A stretch of 63,156 nt of DNA, counting the filler, from Choristocarpus tenellus KU-1152 (taxonomy: Eukaryota; Protista; Phaeophyceae): the NCBI GenBank assembly GCA_964200185.2. It is 6 parts of 6 records of this genome, joined end to end, with 100 filler letters (N's around TTAATTAATTAA, not from the genome) between each part and the next. Parts side by side here need not be neighbours in the genome. Positions count along the whole stretch, not along the records: positions 1 to 22,225 come from CAXNAD020000296.1; 5 more parts are not named here. The stretch is one strand, 5' to 3'. Below the pieces are notes generated by a model. That model saw nothing but the letters and a program-made list of their open reading frames with translations, was not told where the DNA came from and ran no database searches. Of this stretch, positions 1 to 14,200 are shown piece after piece. Every line of letters begins with the position of its first letter. Position 1 is the first letter of the stretch. The translations under genes and the position numbers were made by a program.

Positions 1-770
1 CACAGCATCATTCACAGATATAGTAGCCTTAAACTTTGGGGTAGGTCCCTCCCCCCCAACAATCCCCCCCAGGACTATGGCATTCACTTCAACCCCATCA
101 GGAGGAAGTGTACTCTTCGCTACAGCATCCTTCACTGATGTAGTAGCTAGCCTCAAATATTGATCCTCCACAATCGCCATCTCCTCCACTCCCCTCTTGG
201 GCAAGATCGACATCTCTAGCCCCAGCATGGGTTAGGTCAATACCTCTAGCATCATCCTGTACAAAATCAACTCTTCTAACCCCCAATTAATGTATTGAAT
301 AAGTTAAATAGTTAATTAATGTATTGAATAAGTTAAATGACTCAAAAATGGACAAAGTTAAATCGGAAAGTTTTTTGTTTTGATGTTGATTATTCTTTGA
401 CTGAACAAAACATCCTCCTGGGCAAGGTCATCAGATGCCACAACATCCTCTTCTGATGTTGTGTTCACTCCAGTCGCTTGCTCCAGATCAACATTCATTT
501 CAGCCACCTTTAGGGTAGAGGTCTCTCCTCCTCTACAATCCTCCCTGGGTTGATGGCATCTCCTGAAACCCCATTGTTGCAATATCCTCTTCTGATATTG
601 CAATCTCCTCAGATGTTCCACCTTTGACGGTATCTCCTCCAGCCCTTGTCAGGGTGAGTGCGTCAACTCCCACCTCCCCCTCAGTTAGAACTAGTCTGGA
701 CACAATCCTCTCTGTCATGTATAATACTTCATTCAGGTAGTGAGTGGTCTCGAGTTCAGGTCAGGAAGTG

Positions 771-2380
771 TCAAAAAGCTCCTCGATTAGCTTTCAAAGT
801 AAACAATCCATAGTTCTTCCCGGTTGTCTTCACAAATTCCAATCCAGGTCCTTCAGAAGAAGGGGTTAATCGCAAAGAATTTTCCCCTTTCCAATATATT
901 TCTTCACCGGAGTATTTCCCTGCTTGTATCATTGAGAAAAGGTTAAATTTTAACCCAGGGACAAGCGACACATTGTGCAAGATGAAGTTGGAAACTTCCC
1001 CATTCTGTACACAAGATAGTGACAAATCACCTATGACTGAACCTTGTAGAATCTTTCCATTCCCAACAGTCACTGATGTCCCTACCACAGGTTTTGGATC
1101 TATCAGAGCAGTATGATTATTCTTCATATGAACAGAACACCCACTGTCAAAGAACCAAAGCTCATCCACTTCCACAAAACTTCTATCATTGCTTACCTCC
1201 AAGCTGAACTGGTGTACCATTTGGTTTGTGTTCCCCATCATCAGCTTCACCAGTGTTGGTTGTATCGCCTCTCCCCTTCCCTTTTCCATTATTCCTCTTC
1301 CTTCGGGGATTTTGTCCAGACAATCCTTGACCCGATTCTCCCATAGCTCCAGCGAGTTTGGGACAACAATATGCCTTATGTCCTCTCGCTCATAGACATA
1401 ACATGCACCTGTGTAGAATCCAGAACATGAGGAAACAGCAGTGGGGCAAGAGGATTGAAAATATGGTCCTCCACGCAGCCAGCAGCACTCCACACATTTT
1501 GAATGCCGATCCTTTTAAAAACCAGTAACTCCACCTCTTGAACGGGCTCCTCCCACCATCAATGCACCTCCATTACTCACCATCCGTTGTTCTAGTTAGC
1601 GTTTACGAAGTTGTTAAGTTTCGCAGACTCTACTTTGAAGATTGAATCTGGCTTCATGTCCTCTCCCTGTGACCTGTCGAATTTCAATAAAATATTCTTC
1701 AGTCAAGCAATTATGTATTGCACTAAGTTGCTCCTCCTCACTCGGTTCATTCTGAATTGATCTCATCTTTCTGACAGTGCTGTCCATTTCCATGATGACC
1801 GTGGACAGATCTTCCCCCACAGGTAGGTGCAGCGAATTTAACTTTGATCTCATGGTAGCTCTCTCCATAATTCCACTTCTGGTGAAATGTCTCCTTAAAG
1901 CTTGAAAAGCCTCAGATGGACTGTCATGGTTGTCTGCCACTTGTTTTGTGAGTCCGCTCAAACCCATCACCAGAGCTTCCATGGCCATACTTGCTTTCTC
2001 CACTTCTCATTCTGACCATCTTGAATCATCAAAGAAATCACCACTCACCCCGATGTGATCGTCTGACAATAGTGTATCCTTCCAACCACCCATAGCAGCA
2101 CACGAAAGAAATTTTCTCTCAAACGTAGCATAACCTTCACCATCATCGTCACCACTATAAACCTTGAACTTGGATGGCAGTGATGTCAGTCATAGCATTG
2201 CCTGCCCAGCTGGTGCATCCGTTGCGCAAGTCTCCTAACCATCTCTTTGTCATCATTCTCAGACTCAACCACCTCTCCACCTTCTTCAACTGGTGTTCCA
2301 GATGCCGTTTCTCTATACTCCGCTCTTCTCAAACACATCTTCTGTAACTGACGGCTGCCTCCATCGGGACTCCCCATCAA
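771..2380 (-). mobile_element. Degenerate Ty1/copia LTR retrotransposon (gag + protease; frameshifts and stops; integrase/RT not seen downstream)
   Basis: ORF 1614-2003 resembles copia gag (SPSEAFQALRRHF...RSKLNSLHL). ORF 771-1493 has the copia protease motif WFFDSGCSVHM followed by VTVGNGK...GDLSL...LHNVSLVPGLKFNLFS. Confidence 0.85.
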
Positions 2381-3134
2381 ATCTATACTACGCTAGCCTT
2401 GAAAACTTAGCACACTTCAATAAGTAATGCTAGCTAGCACGTTAAAAGTAATTTTTTTTTCCAAGACTTGTATATCTAAATAACTAGATCAATTCCTTAT
2501 TGTGTAGAACAGGTTGTAGATGAAGTAAAGAAGGGTGAAAGGAGGAGTGAACATCCAAACCCAAAATGGGTGGGGGGAGTCCTTACCACCAAATCAATCC
2601 TATTCTGTGAATGACTAATCAAACTAATCACAAATTACTTCCTACAATGCTTCCTATTCCTGAATTCTTCCATATTCTAGTTCTTGAACCTAAACATATC
2701 TCCCAGTCTTCAGAACACAAACATTGTCTCTTCATCCTTAGATTGTTTCTTCTACAGAATCTTCTTTTACACATGAATAAAAAGCATATTCTTGACATTG
2801 GTAAAAGGCCAGGTTGGTTGTGCAGGGATTGGATTTAGGGAGAGGAAGGGGGAGGAATACTCAAGTTGTTTGCACCTACACCTACTTATGCTTCTCTTTG
2901 CAAGCTACTTGCATTAGCGAAAAAGGTGACCTAGAGGAGACACTCTATGTGGAACTATGAGGGAGGAAGGCAAAGTTTGATGGAGGAGTGAGATTCCTGG
3001 AGAAGTCCCTGTATGGGATGGTCTAGGCATCTTGGGACTGGAACTTTCTGCTGGTGGATACTTTGTTTGAGCTGGGATTGGAACAATTTGAGGAAGATCC
3101 ATACTTATTCAGATTGGTAGCGGATGGTGAGGCC

Positions 3135-3300
3135 ATGATGATCATGATTGTCCATGTGGATGACATATTTGTTTATGCCTGAGGGATCAGGGTCAGGCCA
3201 AGGTGTTGGTATCATTGAGGGGCTGAACAAGAAGCTGCCAGTGGTGAATTTGGGCGAGGTGACTGGGTTCATGGGTTGAATGAACAGGATAAACAGGAAG
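3135..3300 (+). mobile_element. Copia reverse transcriptase fragment
   Basis: Translates MMIMIVHVDDIFVYA (YVDD-type motif), then NLGEVTGFMG (DLGE..FLG-like); interrupted by stops. Confidence 0.65.
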
Positions 3301-4999
3301 GTTGGGACACACAAATGCTGCAGCTTCCCCTCTTGCCCATCAAAGAGGCACATTTTTTTTCACAGTGGACAGTGGATGGAAATAAGAGTTTAAAGGTTTG
3401 AGGTAGGCATGAACTTCAGGATGAGGAATTGGAAAGCTTGGACACTCAATGTGAACCAAAGTTACATATTGGCAATCAAGCCGAGCGTCATGGAACTGTG
3501 GGCAAGCTACCAACTATCACAAAGGGGGAGGTCAAGTAGGGGCCCTTTCCTGAAGGCTGTAGGTAAATGATTTAGGGGGGTACAGGGGGCAGTTATTGCT
3601 CACAAAGTGCTGCAAACCAAGTTCCATTAGCTCATGGGTTTATTTTTGGGATCCGGTCGCGGTCCTCTCTTAGCTCATCGATGTTGGCGACCATGCGACC
3701 CCAATTCCTCTTTCACCATGACCCTATGTCGGGATCTACAAAACCATCATCCTTCCAAATTCTCCCCATGGTCTTCCAATCAAAGTCAACTTCTTAGTGA
3801 TTTGCTTGGTCACTGTTGGTCAAAGACTCATCATTGCGGCCTTGAAGAGATCTGCAATCATTGCCCCCCTTTCACCAAGCTTCAAAACCTTCCTATTAGT
3901 AATCTCAAGCAACTTCTGATCAATGGGGAACAAAAGTGAAGGGGTGAAACATCTTTGGGATTTCAAAGTAGGTCTTGTTTTGATCGGTGTTTGCTCCACT
4001 CCATTGACATCAATTTGCACAAAATTTTGGACTGTGATATTTGAACCAACTAATGAGAATGCAGTCTGTTAAAACATAGGCTACTCATTTGTTTCTTCTT
4101 GTTGATATGATACAAAAACTGCCAGCTTGTACTGACTGTTATTGTCCATTTATTTATTGCATATCCCAACTCATCATCACATCGATGACAGTAGATAGAA
4201 GTATAGCATCAGTTGATATTCAGTTGATACACATCACACACAGGAACATCATAGCACATGTCATCCAAGTTACTTCGGAACTTGTTCCAAGTGCATTCCA
4301 CTGTTACCTTCTTTTTTGTTCTCTTTGTTGTTGTCTATCATCTCTGTTCTTTTTTTATCTGCATAAGACCCCAGATGCAAGTTAATTATTGGTTATTATT
4401 TTTTCATTGGTTGTCATTGCCCCCTCTGAGCGCCTCAAGCTCACTCTGCAATAGTGCCCCTGACGCACACTTGGATGTAATACATAGAGAGTTAAAACCA
4501 TATATGAAAACCCTTGTCAGCCAAGGTAACAAGCCTCTCCACAGAGGATGGACTTATTTCGTTGAGTATCTCATGAAATAACACTGAATTCACATCACAT
4601 CATTCTTAACTGAGAGATCAATGACTTCAGTTGCAACAGAATAAATACATCAGTGCTTTGCAGCACAACCACATCTACTCATATCACAGACTACGTATTT
4701 TACTCATCGGTGCTTTACAACACCATGGTTCCTCTTCACTCGTAGTCTAAGCATTTCGCTTATATATACAATGCATTCGATTCAGGTTTCAACAGGTTAT
4801 GAGCCTCACACGATTCCCCTTCGCCATCATGAAACAAGTCAGACAAAATTTCTGGTAAGGAATGAGGTGTGTTCAAAATTATCCAAATGCATGAAGTGTT
4901 TCCAATTAGAGGTAATTTTCAGGGTTACATTTTTGAGTGATTAAGGAGGTTAACTTTTCCTTGGATGTTTACAGCCAAGGAGTATGTCAAGAAATGCTT

Positions 5000-6900
5000 T
5001 TAAGCCTTGTGAAAGGTTTATAAGAAAAAGTTGATGGAATAGAGTACAATTGTATTCCAAAGGATAAGAGATAAGCATGGGTAAATAAACTATAGAAAGG
5101 AGGCGTTCAGAGATCAGAATTATTGTGGCAAGAAATAGGTGAGGAACGCTGGGATTGGATGCCCCCTTTCTGATAGTGAGGCACACTCCTTCACCTTCAT
5201 TTCCAGCCCAGCAACGAGATGATCAATGCCTAAATATACTGGAAGTCTTGAGAAACACAGCAAAATCGAACTTTCCATGCCTTGACTTGGACAATCACAA
5301 GGCTTTGGAGTCTGACCTGGGATGTTACAACACTGGCAGTACGTATATACATGCAATTCTGCAACTCTTGATGTGGCTATTATGCATAGCTATAGGAGCA
5401 CTTCTCCTATTGATGATGTATCCAATGAGGAGAGTGTGTCCTCTAAATATAGGGACTGCGAGCTTTTGTTTCAATACAACAGGGAACAGAAGAAAATCGG
5501 TTGAAATGGATACATGAGTTGGTATTTGGTATATTTCTGTTGTCTGATAGCAAGTTTGCATTGCTGCTATTCTCTTGTCTGATCATTTTTTTATTACTAC
5601 AGTTCTCTTGTCTCAAAAGACAGTTACTGGCTGGATGCATCTCTCTTGTGATAGCAAGTTTGTATTTCTTTAATTTGCTAATCTGAAAAAAGGGAGATTG
5701 CTGGCTTTCAACCAGTGTTGAAGACAATAATAGTACTCATCTATTTAAGCATGATGTTTCAGATTCTAGTTCATTTGCCTACATAATATCCCATTGAGAA
5801 CCCAAAGGGTTCAATTCCACAGTTCTGGTGAAACTTGAAAAGTCCTGAGTTGCTTCCCTAACACAAGTTCTAATTATGTGGCTGTGGCTTGCTGCAGCAA
5901 GGGAAACCAATTAACTTTTATCTCAAGCTTGATCACCACTACTTGAGCTCAGCATTCTTCTAAGTTCCCAAGTACAACACTCATAATTGGTGGTGAAAAA
6001 CATTCAGTTGAGCTATTTGGAATTCAAAAAGCCATGTCCTTCACTATGATGTCTACTCCAAGAGGTTAGCATGGAGTACCTAGAGTAAATGCCCAATTTC
6101 ACTGCTGGCTGAGTGGTTGGGTTTATGCTTATGCTGATGTGGTCATAACATCCATAAAATTTATGTTCCATACCGTCCAGACTCTGACAGAGTCTCTACA
6201 CCTAAGCATATATGCTCCCAAGTCCCATTTGTCTTGCAATCAGCTTCTGGGTTATCTGTGGAAGAGACCCATTGCAATTCCAAGGCACCAATAGCCAACA
6301 TTAGGATATTGTGGGCAAGGAGTTTCGGGATCTGCCCTTTCTTGCTGACCCAAAAGGAGTTTTGCCCATATCCATGGTGGCTCTAGTTCCCTTTATGAAA
6401 ATCAGGCACTTCTAACAGAACTGATACACAAGAGTAGACAAATCAAAACTATATTTAATTGTGTCATCCTTCCATGCCATACCTGGTTGAAAATCAGCTC
6501 CAGCATAAAACTTGATAATGGGCCCAAAAATGATACCTCCCCAAGAGTTGGATGAAACATCTAATCCTCCTCTTAGGTGGCCTGGTGTGTGTGACGTACC
6601 CACTGCACAGCACAGCACTGCATTGAGGCAGTTGTGTACTTCTATCTACACTTCTAGCTTGTGATGCATTCCGAATTTGATGGGCAATGATATCTGGGTG
6701 TCTTTCTTGCATGTTATGTTTTGGACATTTGATGAGTATAGAGTGATGGTACAGGATCAGTTATTCGCATACTGGAATGGAACACTTACCAGCAATCTTC
6801 TCAAGGTCGGCCAAGGTGGCCCTCTTGTTTTGCAAAGCTGAAGATAAAAGTTGTGTTTTAGCTGTTAAAGTTTTTCTTTTGGAAAAAGCAGGAGACAGCT
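5000..6900 (-). mobile_element. Possible highly decayed non-LTR (CRE-like) retrotransposon RT remnant
   Basis: Short segments in the expected order: LEKIAGKC (cf. RRLxAKC), QIRNA...SVDRS (cf. DIxNAFNSxDR), CGIEPFGFSMG (cf. GIxxLGxPIG). No long ORF. Confidence 0.3.
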
Positions 6901-8200
6901 GTCATACGTGACTCCCAACAATACTTGTCTGGTGTCTGGTAGAAACTTGCATTTCATGAGTGGCAGGTAGTATCTCTAGAGATAGAATACTGAGATGACT
7001 ACATAAACTGTCACGTGCACAACTTTTTTTTTTTAAAAGCCATCATATCATATCAAGCCCTCTACTGTGTATGATAGATGTGTATGAAGGAGACCTGCAG
7101 GAACCAAAGAAGATACTGTCTGTAATTCCCCTTACAGCTCAATCTGAAATATCGTGATGCTGACAGGTGTAAAGTTACATGATGAAAGCTGCATTTGTCG
7201 ACAAAAATCGCCTGCGGTACTCCGTACCAAGCATACTGAGAAAGCTTGGAGAAGCCTTCCACGGAAAAAGGGAACCACGAGACACATGCAGATGAGGTAA
7301 CTTTGACCATAGATCAACCAAAGTTTGATCTATTCCACGCTTAGGAGCCTCACTAGAATCGGACGCGTGTCCCATCATGGAGTGTCCCATTGTGCCAACC
7401 GGCCCGATTCCTCTAGTTTTTCTATTTCAAAGTCTGCCGAGGAATCAAATATCGGGTTCACATGGTTCTGGAATATTCTATCTTGCCCAGTTGGCTTGAG
7501 GTAGTTCAGTGTTTGAAGGGCATGGATTCCTATTATGGTGATCAGTACTATCCATATTCTCAACGACGCTTATGTCTACGTTATGACATTGTGGATACTG
7601 AATAGAGTGGTAATCTTTTACAGTATTTATTGTATGCGTGGAACACACTAGATACAAATTTGTTTCGATTCCCGATCATTATTCAGACCTTGGTATCAGA
7701 AGGAACTGAGTTTAGACTTTTGGGGTTGCTTCCACAAGCTCGTACCCTCATTTATCCTCTGCACTATCTCTCATCGGCATCTCTCTGCTTGATTTCCACC
7801 TGCGAAGGAGCTTGCGAAGTTCAGCAAGGTGGGGATGTCTGTTGTTCACGTGAGGTTGTCATGTGAGTGGAATAAACTCGACAAAGATTGATGGAAGGCT
7901 CATCTACTCCTTGCATGAGGAAACCATCCATCGGCTTTTTCCCCTTTTAGAGTCAAATGATGACAAATGTTGGTATTGAAAGTGGACGCCGATCGTAATG
8001 TTGGGGCTGTAGTCATTGTGGCAGTTGAGAAGGACGGGATGGGGGGGGAGATCGGTAGATGTTTGTTCACATGAACTGAATGTTTATAATGTATTTTAAA
8101 TACTTCAAATACTACAACTTCCTAGTATTTTTTGATGGCCTTACGATTTAGAACGTAGACGTTTTTGAAAACCTAGGTACCAATCTGTTGTCCTGGAAGA

Positions 8201-11200
8201 ATGGAAGGAGGGTCTAAGGGGCAAGGATCACGTGGTCCAAGCCATGGGAAGTTATCTTCTTCGCGACGTCGTCGTGATGGCATGGACTTGCAGGCTTTGG
8301 AGGATGACCTCCGAATGGAGATAGACCCAGCATTCTTCGAGCCAAGTGAACATTTTCGGTCAGTGATGGCCTGTATGGGACTTCAGTGACCAGCCTGCCC
8401 GCCACAAGAATACGTCTGTGTTGTTAACTTTCAAATTGTCTGCCATAGAATACAACTCCTTATAACCCACCCAACCTATGATACCAGTCCATTCAACCAG
8501 GTGATCGAAATCTTGAGCGTCAGCCTTGACAAAGACAAGGATGGGGAACCTGGAACAGAGTCCAATCATCTGGCTGGCAACCCTTTGCACAAGAACATCC
8601 AGCGGCAACTCAAAGTTTGCAGCGGTGTGGTGGAGCGCATCACGGTTGAGCATCACAGCAGCCTCAACAGCTCAGTGAAAGCAATGGGAGGAGTTGCTAG
8701 ACATTACAACCAGACACGTGATAATGTGGGAACACTCCGAGAGCAGCTTCGCGAGTGTAAGCAATTGTTGCAAACTGGTGCAAGTCAGACCGATGTGCGA
8801 GAGCTTTGGCAGCGGAAAATGCAATATTCACATGTGCTGAGGCTACTCGATGCTCTTAGCATGATCAAGGTGGGGAGGATATATTACTATGGTGGCATCA
8901 TGTACTATGTTGAACCCTTGGGTTGAAAATAACTATTCTTCTTCTCGCTAGTCGTTGATATACCAATTTTGAGTCTAATTTCGATGAAGCAGGCTTAGCA
9001 GCTCTTAGGCCGCCGAAGGTAGCATTCTGTCAGAATGGGTTTGTGTTAGGGTGGACAAAAACCGTTTTTTGCGATGCCGTAACTGATATTTCGAAAACCC
9101 ACACACAGGATGCTCCTGTGAAATTCGATCGCCTTGTTCGCCAGAAGAGGTTTGTTGCAGCGGTTGGCCTGCTCAATGCCTCATTGCTGAATATCTTCAG
9201 TCCAGAGCTGGTGGATGTTCCTGCAGTGGCAAGTGTGAGGGATGAGATGCTTACACAGAAAGGAAAGATCCTTGACCTCCTGGTGACAGAAATTGCTGAC
9301 GTCCTCTTCCTGCGCACAGCACCTGGAAGCTACCATCACATGGACCAGACAAGCGGTGCAGCCAAGGGTCGCCGAAGAAGGGAGCGCGGTGGGGCACTCA
9401 TGTTCAACACTGAGGAGTCATTTTCCGCACCCACAGCAAAGCGAACACAATCCTTTATTGCGGGGACCTCGAGGGGGAACACCAAGGATATCACCTCCGA
9501 GGCGAGTGATGGAATGGCTAGTGTGGTGCCTTCACTTTGGGCTGGTCTCTCTGTGGATGTGGGAGATATTAATGAGGAGGATGAAGGGGCTTTACATGAC
9601 CCTTCAGAGGAATTTGGGGTATATTTGCGCCTCCTGGTTGAGGCTGTGCGACGCCTAAGGTACCTTGATGATGTGGAACGGTACCTGCTTGAAAGGCTTC
9701 CTGATGAGATCTTAACCTTGAGTGCCTCGCACATGCGGGCTTGCATGCCAACAGATACCGATGATACGACTGAGGACAGTCGGGGAGAGGGTGAGGGGGG
9801 CAGTGCTGTTGTGCAGCACTTGATCCAATACTTAGGTCTCGCCTTTGATTCTTTTGTAAGAGTGCTCGTTAACCACATGCACCTGGTGCGCCTTCTTCAT
9901 GGTGCTCGCATGCGAGACCTCAGGGAGAGTGACCCAAGTGCGCCTGTTTTTGAGGCGGATGCCCCGTACAAAGAGTTCCTTGTGCTCTCCCTGTGGCAGC
10001 ATATCCAAATACACATAAAAGATGTTTTGGCAAGGCATGTTGCTGTCCCTAGTGTCATCTATGGAGGCAGTGGCATTGAGGAAGGTGAAATTGGAGCAGA
10101 TAGCTCTAGGGATGGATCCAATAGGAGAGGTTCTGATGTGGGACTCCTGAGTAAAGTGTCCAGTGCCTTACCTTTCCGTCCTCTAAGGCGCCCGGAGTCA
10201 ACCTCTTCCTTACTGCTAGGAGGTACAATGGAACTGGACAAAGAGAGTGCAGTGGAATACTGTAGGTGCTGCATGCTGGCCAATCCATCCCCCTTTATCC
10301 TTGTTCACATCTTTCGACCAACACTCAAGTTTGTTGAGGTGGAGCAGGTGGGTGCACATTAGTCAATTTCACAAGTGATTCCTCCATGAAGAATCATTTT
10401 GCATGGGCATTTGCCTTCTGGTATGCAATATAAGTGCTCCCTCACATGTAGCTGTCATCTTGTCGCTCTATATTTTATTGTAGGGTAAATTGAAAGCAAT
10501 GAAGAAGGAGGTGCTAGGGTCTGGTCAGGGTGGGAGGGAGCGAGGAAGGCGCCGGGAAGCAGAAGATGGATATGAAGATGACACCAATGGCTTGTCTTCA
10601 TTCTTGCACACAACCGTGCAAGATGTACTGCTTCCACAAATGGCCGCAGATTCTCTTGCTACACACACAAAGGTACTGTAGTACCCAGAAATGGGTCCGA
10701 AATACTTCAACAGAATACACAAATACACAGTAAGGAAGGGAAGTGGACAGGAAAGAGAGGGCTTCCTTCCATGTTTCATAACTTGTTGTGATTGTTCCCA
10801 TGAGTGGTGTAGATGCAGTGAAGTCTCAATCTGGAGGATGAGTTTGGAACATGTTGGTATCCAAGTTGGCATCAAGGTTTGGCAGGTATATTTACAACTC
10901 CACATATGCCAGCAGGTACGCATGGGTACGGTGGCCTAAATAAACAAGTACTTCTGTTTGTGCACATGATGACTATTGCTTAGGCTATTGCATGTGTTGC
11001 AGGTCATATTGTACCTCTCTCGTAAGAGATAAGTTCAAGTTGAAATGAGTGGAATGGGTACAAATTTCTTTGATGAGATATTTGTGGTGTTGAAAGTATT
11101 GCCAAGACTCCATGATATTTTACCATCCTGTCTGTTGACCTTGGCCTTGCTATAGTGATATTTCAAGATGCACCTGCCTAATGGCAGTGCCACTAGTAGT

Positions 11201-14200
11201 GCTAAGGGTGCTATTACTACTAACAGGGGTGTGGATGGTGCAGGTGCAAAATGTGAAAAATAGTGAATGCAATACAGTATGTTGGAAGTAAGAGCTGTGA
11301 AGAATCTAAAAATAGTGTGGCCCCTTAGCAAGGGAAGTGAACTGGACACCCTTTTGAGGTACTTCTGTAAGAAGGGAGTGCTACCCGAGGCCAGATAGCC
11401 TGTAACATCAGCTTTCTGTTAGAAAATCAATGTAGCACAAATATATTCTGAATCACAAGGAGAGTATTACCACAACTACATTTTGCCCTGGCTAGGTGTA
11501 TAGTGGAAGATGCATAATATGAACTATTAAAATTAATCAATTGTTTGTGACACATAATTTCTACTTCACTCAGGTAGCTGAAGATCCAGATTCTTTCTTC
11601 CCACGATTCATGGGTGTGTCTGGCACATCAGGATCAGGGGCTGGTGCAGGAGTGGCAAAACCCCGAGGTGTTACTGCACAATCATCAGCCTCAACTCGAG
11701 AGGCAATTTCCTTAAGTATGGCTGATGTACACCCTACCAAGGGTGCAGAGGATATTTATGCTCAAACTCGGAAGTTTTTCAGGGCCATTATCCAAATGCC
11801 ACAGTATGGGGAGCAGGTGAGACTTGCTGTATTCTTCTCTATTCCAGTTTTGCTTACTTCCACATATGCTACAACTCCTGAGTTAACTCATTGATAGTGC
11901 AACATTAGCCACAGCTCACGTAGTAGGCAGGAAGGAATACATACAAATAGTCCAGATCAGTTGTCTCCTCAGTTGACTCCTCTTGCGAAAGTGCAAGATT
12001 CATTTGTGGCAACCTGTTTTTCATCCCCATACGCCACTAACTCATGCACATAAGTAAATGTTGTGAAACTCTTGCTTGGTGCCTAACTCACACCTACAGA
12101 ACTAGCTCTAGATCAATGATGGGTAAAATTTGCAGGTTCATTTGTCACCCAAGCTTTCAGATGACTTGTCACTATGATTCATTAGTTGGAGGATTTATTG
12201 AGATATTTCGATTTGGAAAATTGTCACAAATCAGGGCATGTTCAACTCCATAGAACTATCGAGGAACAAGTGTGTAATGTTTCACACATCATAGAACTAG
12301 AATTGTGGTTTGGGCAACTGTCCCACTTTATAGAAAAATGTCTGCCTCAAGAGATGAATTGTGGTGGTGATAATCAGATTCCTCATGAAGATATCAGAGG
12401 GTAGATGTTTTCATTGGGTGCTGTCCATCAACCACATTCTTTCCGCAATGCCAAACAAGGCGACCTACCATATCTGTATTCGTTGACCTGACAAAAAAAA
12501 CTGCAAAATAATGAGTTCTATTGTGGTGATTTTGGGTTACCTGTGAAAAATTGCATAGTATATACTATGCAGTACTTTGAATGGCCTCAATTTGTCAATG
12601 GAAGCTTATTGCAATGGAGAAACTGATGAGGGAGTAAATGTTGGTGGTGGTGCTGTGCTGATGATACCTACAAGTACAAAATCATGCTTAGAAAATTTTG
12701 TTTTATATTGGGTTTCATTTTAGGTATGTCATCCCACTGCAAAATTCAAAACAAGTTCCTAAGGATCTTCAAAGCATTCCTGTTCCTTATCACGTGGCCT
12801 TTTCTTTCAGCCCCAGCTTGGCTAGCTGATTCTGCCCCATTAGTGTGGCCAGCTGTTTCAGCCCCGTTAATCTTGCTAACTAGCATCATGCATCATGCTA
12901 CCAATCATTCCCCCCATTTTGGTGTAGTGCCTCATGCATTTTTGAGGTTGCTGATTGGCTGTGGGGGGTGCCTGCAAGCCAAGCGTGGACCATGAGCAAG
13001 GGTTGTGCTGTTGTGATAGACCAGGCAGTCTGCTGTTTCTCTGCCATTGTACATACACATCACCTGTTTTACAGGCCCGTTACCATTAATACTGCTCTGA
13101 CTCTTCTTTGTTATTTTGGTGTTTTTTCCTTGTTTGCAAGTGATTACAGTGAACTTTCTGTGATTCCTGTAAGCCCCCCCCAAAATGTGTATGTGGACCA
13201 CTTCTCATGCCCAAAATTGGCTGGCAAGATTCCCATTATTAATAGTTGCAAAGGCTTGTTCGATTCTTGTTTGAACTCATGTAGCATGTGCGCTCTTTTT
13301 TCTCTGCTGCCACTTTTTCAGTTCTTAGCCTACAGTAAGGTGCAGCACAATCAGTGTGTATTTTGGTACAGTTCAAATATTGTGTTGCAATGGTAGTGAA
13401 AGGTTGCAGTCACTGCTGCTTGTGAAATGTACTATGTACCAGACTCTGGAGTAATCTCACCATAAAAGTGCCTTGAGGGCAACTTGCACTTACACGTGGT
13501 AAGGCTTTCAAAGGTGTGCCGGGCAACTAGTGTCACAATGCAGTATTGGAGATGGTTTCGATAGGCCATTGGTTCATGCTGGAGTTTGTTGGCAGGAGGA
13601 CTGCACTGTAATACATTAATATGTTATGTCTCAAATTGTTTTATGTTCAAATGGGTAATACAAATTGGTTCCTTTTCGCTTGTACACCAGATTTGTGCAA
13701 GATTTTTGCCTTACATGGTTACTACTGTGCCTCATTCAGATCCATAATACAATTCATGACCTATTCCATCAACCAACTATTGTATTCCTTGTTTTTTGCA
13801 TTTGTCAGCTCGCTGCAATTGTCAAATAATACCCTTGCAAAACAATAATATTATTCCCATATGGACAAAGCAAAGGTCACGATATGCACAGCAGTGGAGT
13901 GGGGAGAACTCACTGTACAGTTACAATGATACTCTACAACAATAGTACTGTATTCCATGGACACTTTGATATCACAATGAAAAAAATTGGACGCCAAGAA
14001 ATCTGCACCACTTCCAATGCTACCCCACATTGGTGTTTTTGATTTCACCCTACAGGAAAGAAACCTCCGATTTCATTGATATGGTATGGTAAACTCTAAA
14101 ATTTCATAGTATTGTAGTGAAGAGTGTGCATGCTTTTTCATGGTATAATAAATTGACTTATATTCAATTATGTACGAAGTCAAATTTTATGTTTTTTTGG

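Noticed and set aside
7062-7870. Possible minus-strand gene divergent from SEC8
   Set aside because: Short ORFs and some splice-like signals, but no consistent frame or recognisable family.
9336-9878. Long antisense ORFs over SEC8, kinase, FANCF-like and DsbA exons
   Set aside because: Shadow ORFs of real coding exons on the opposite strand or another frame.
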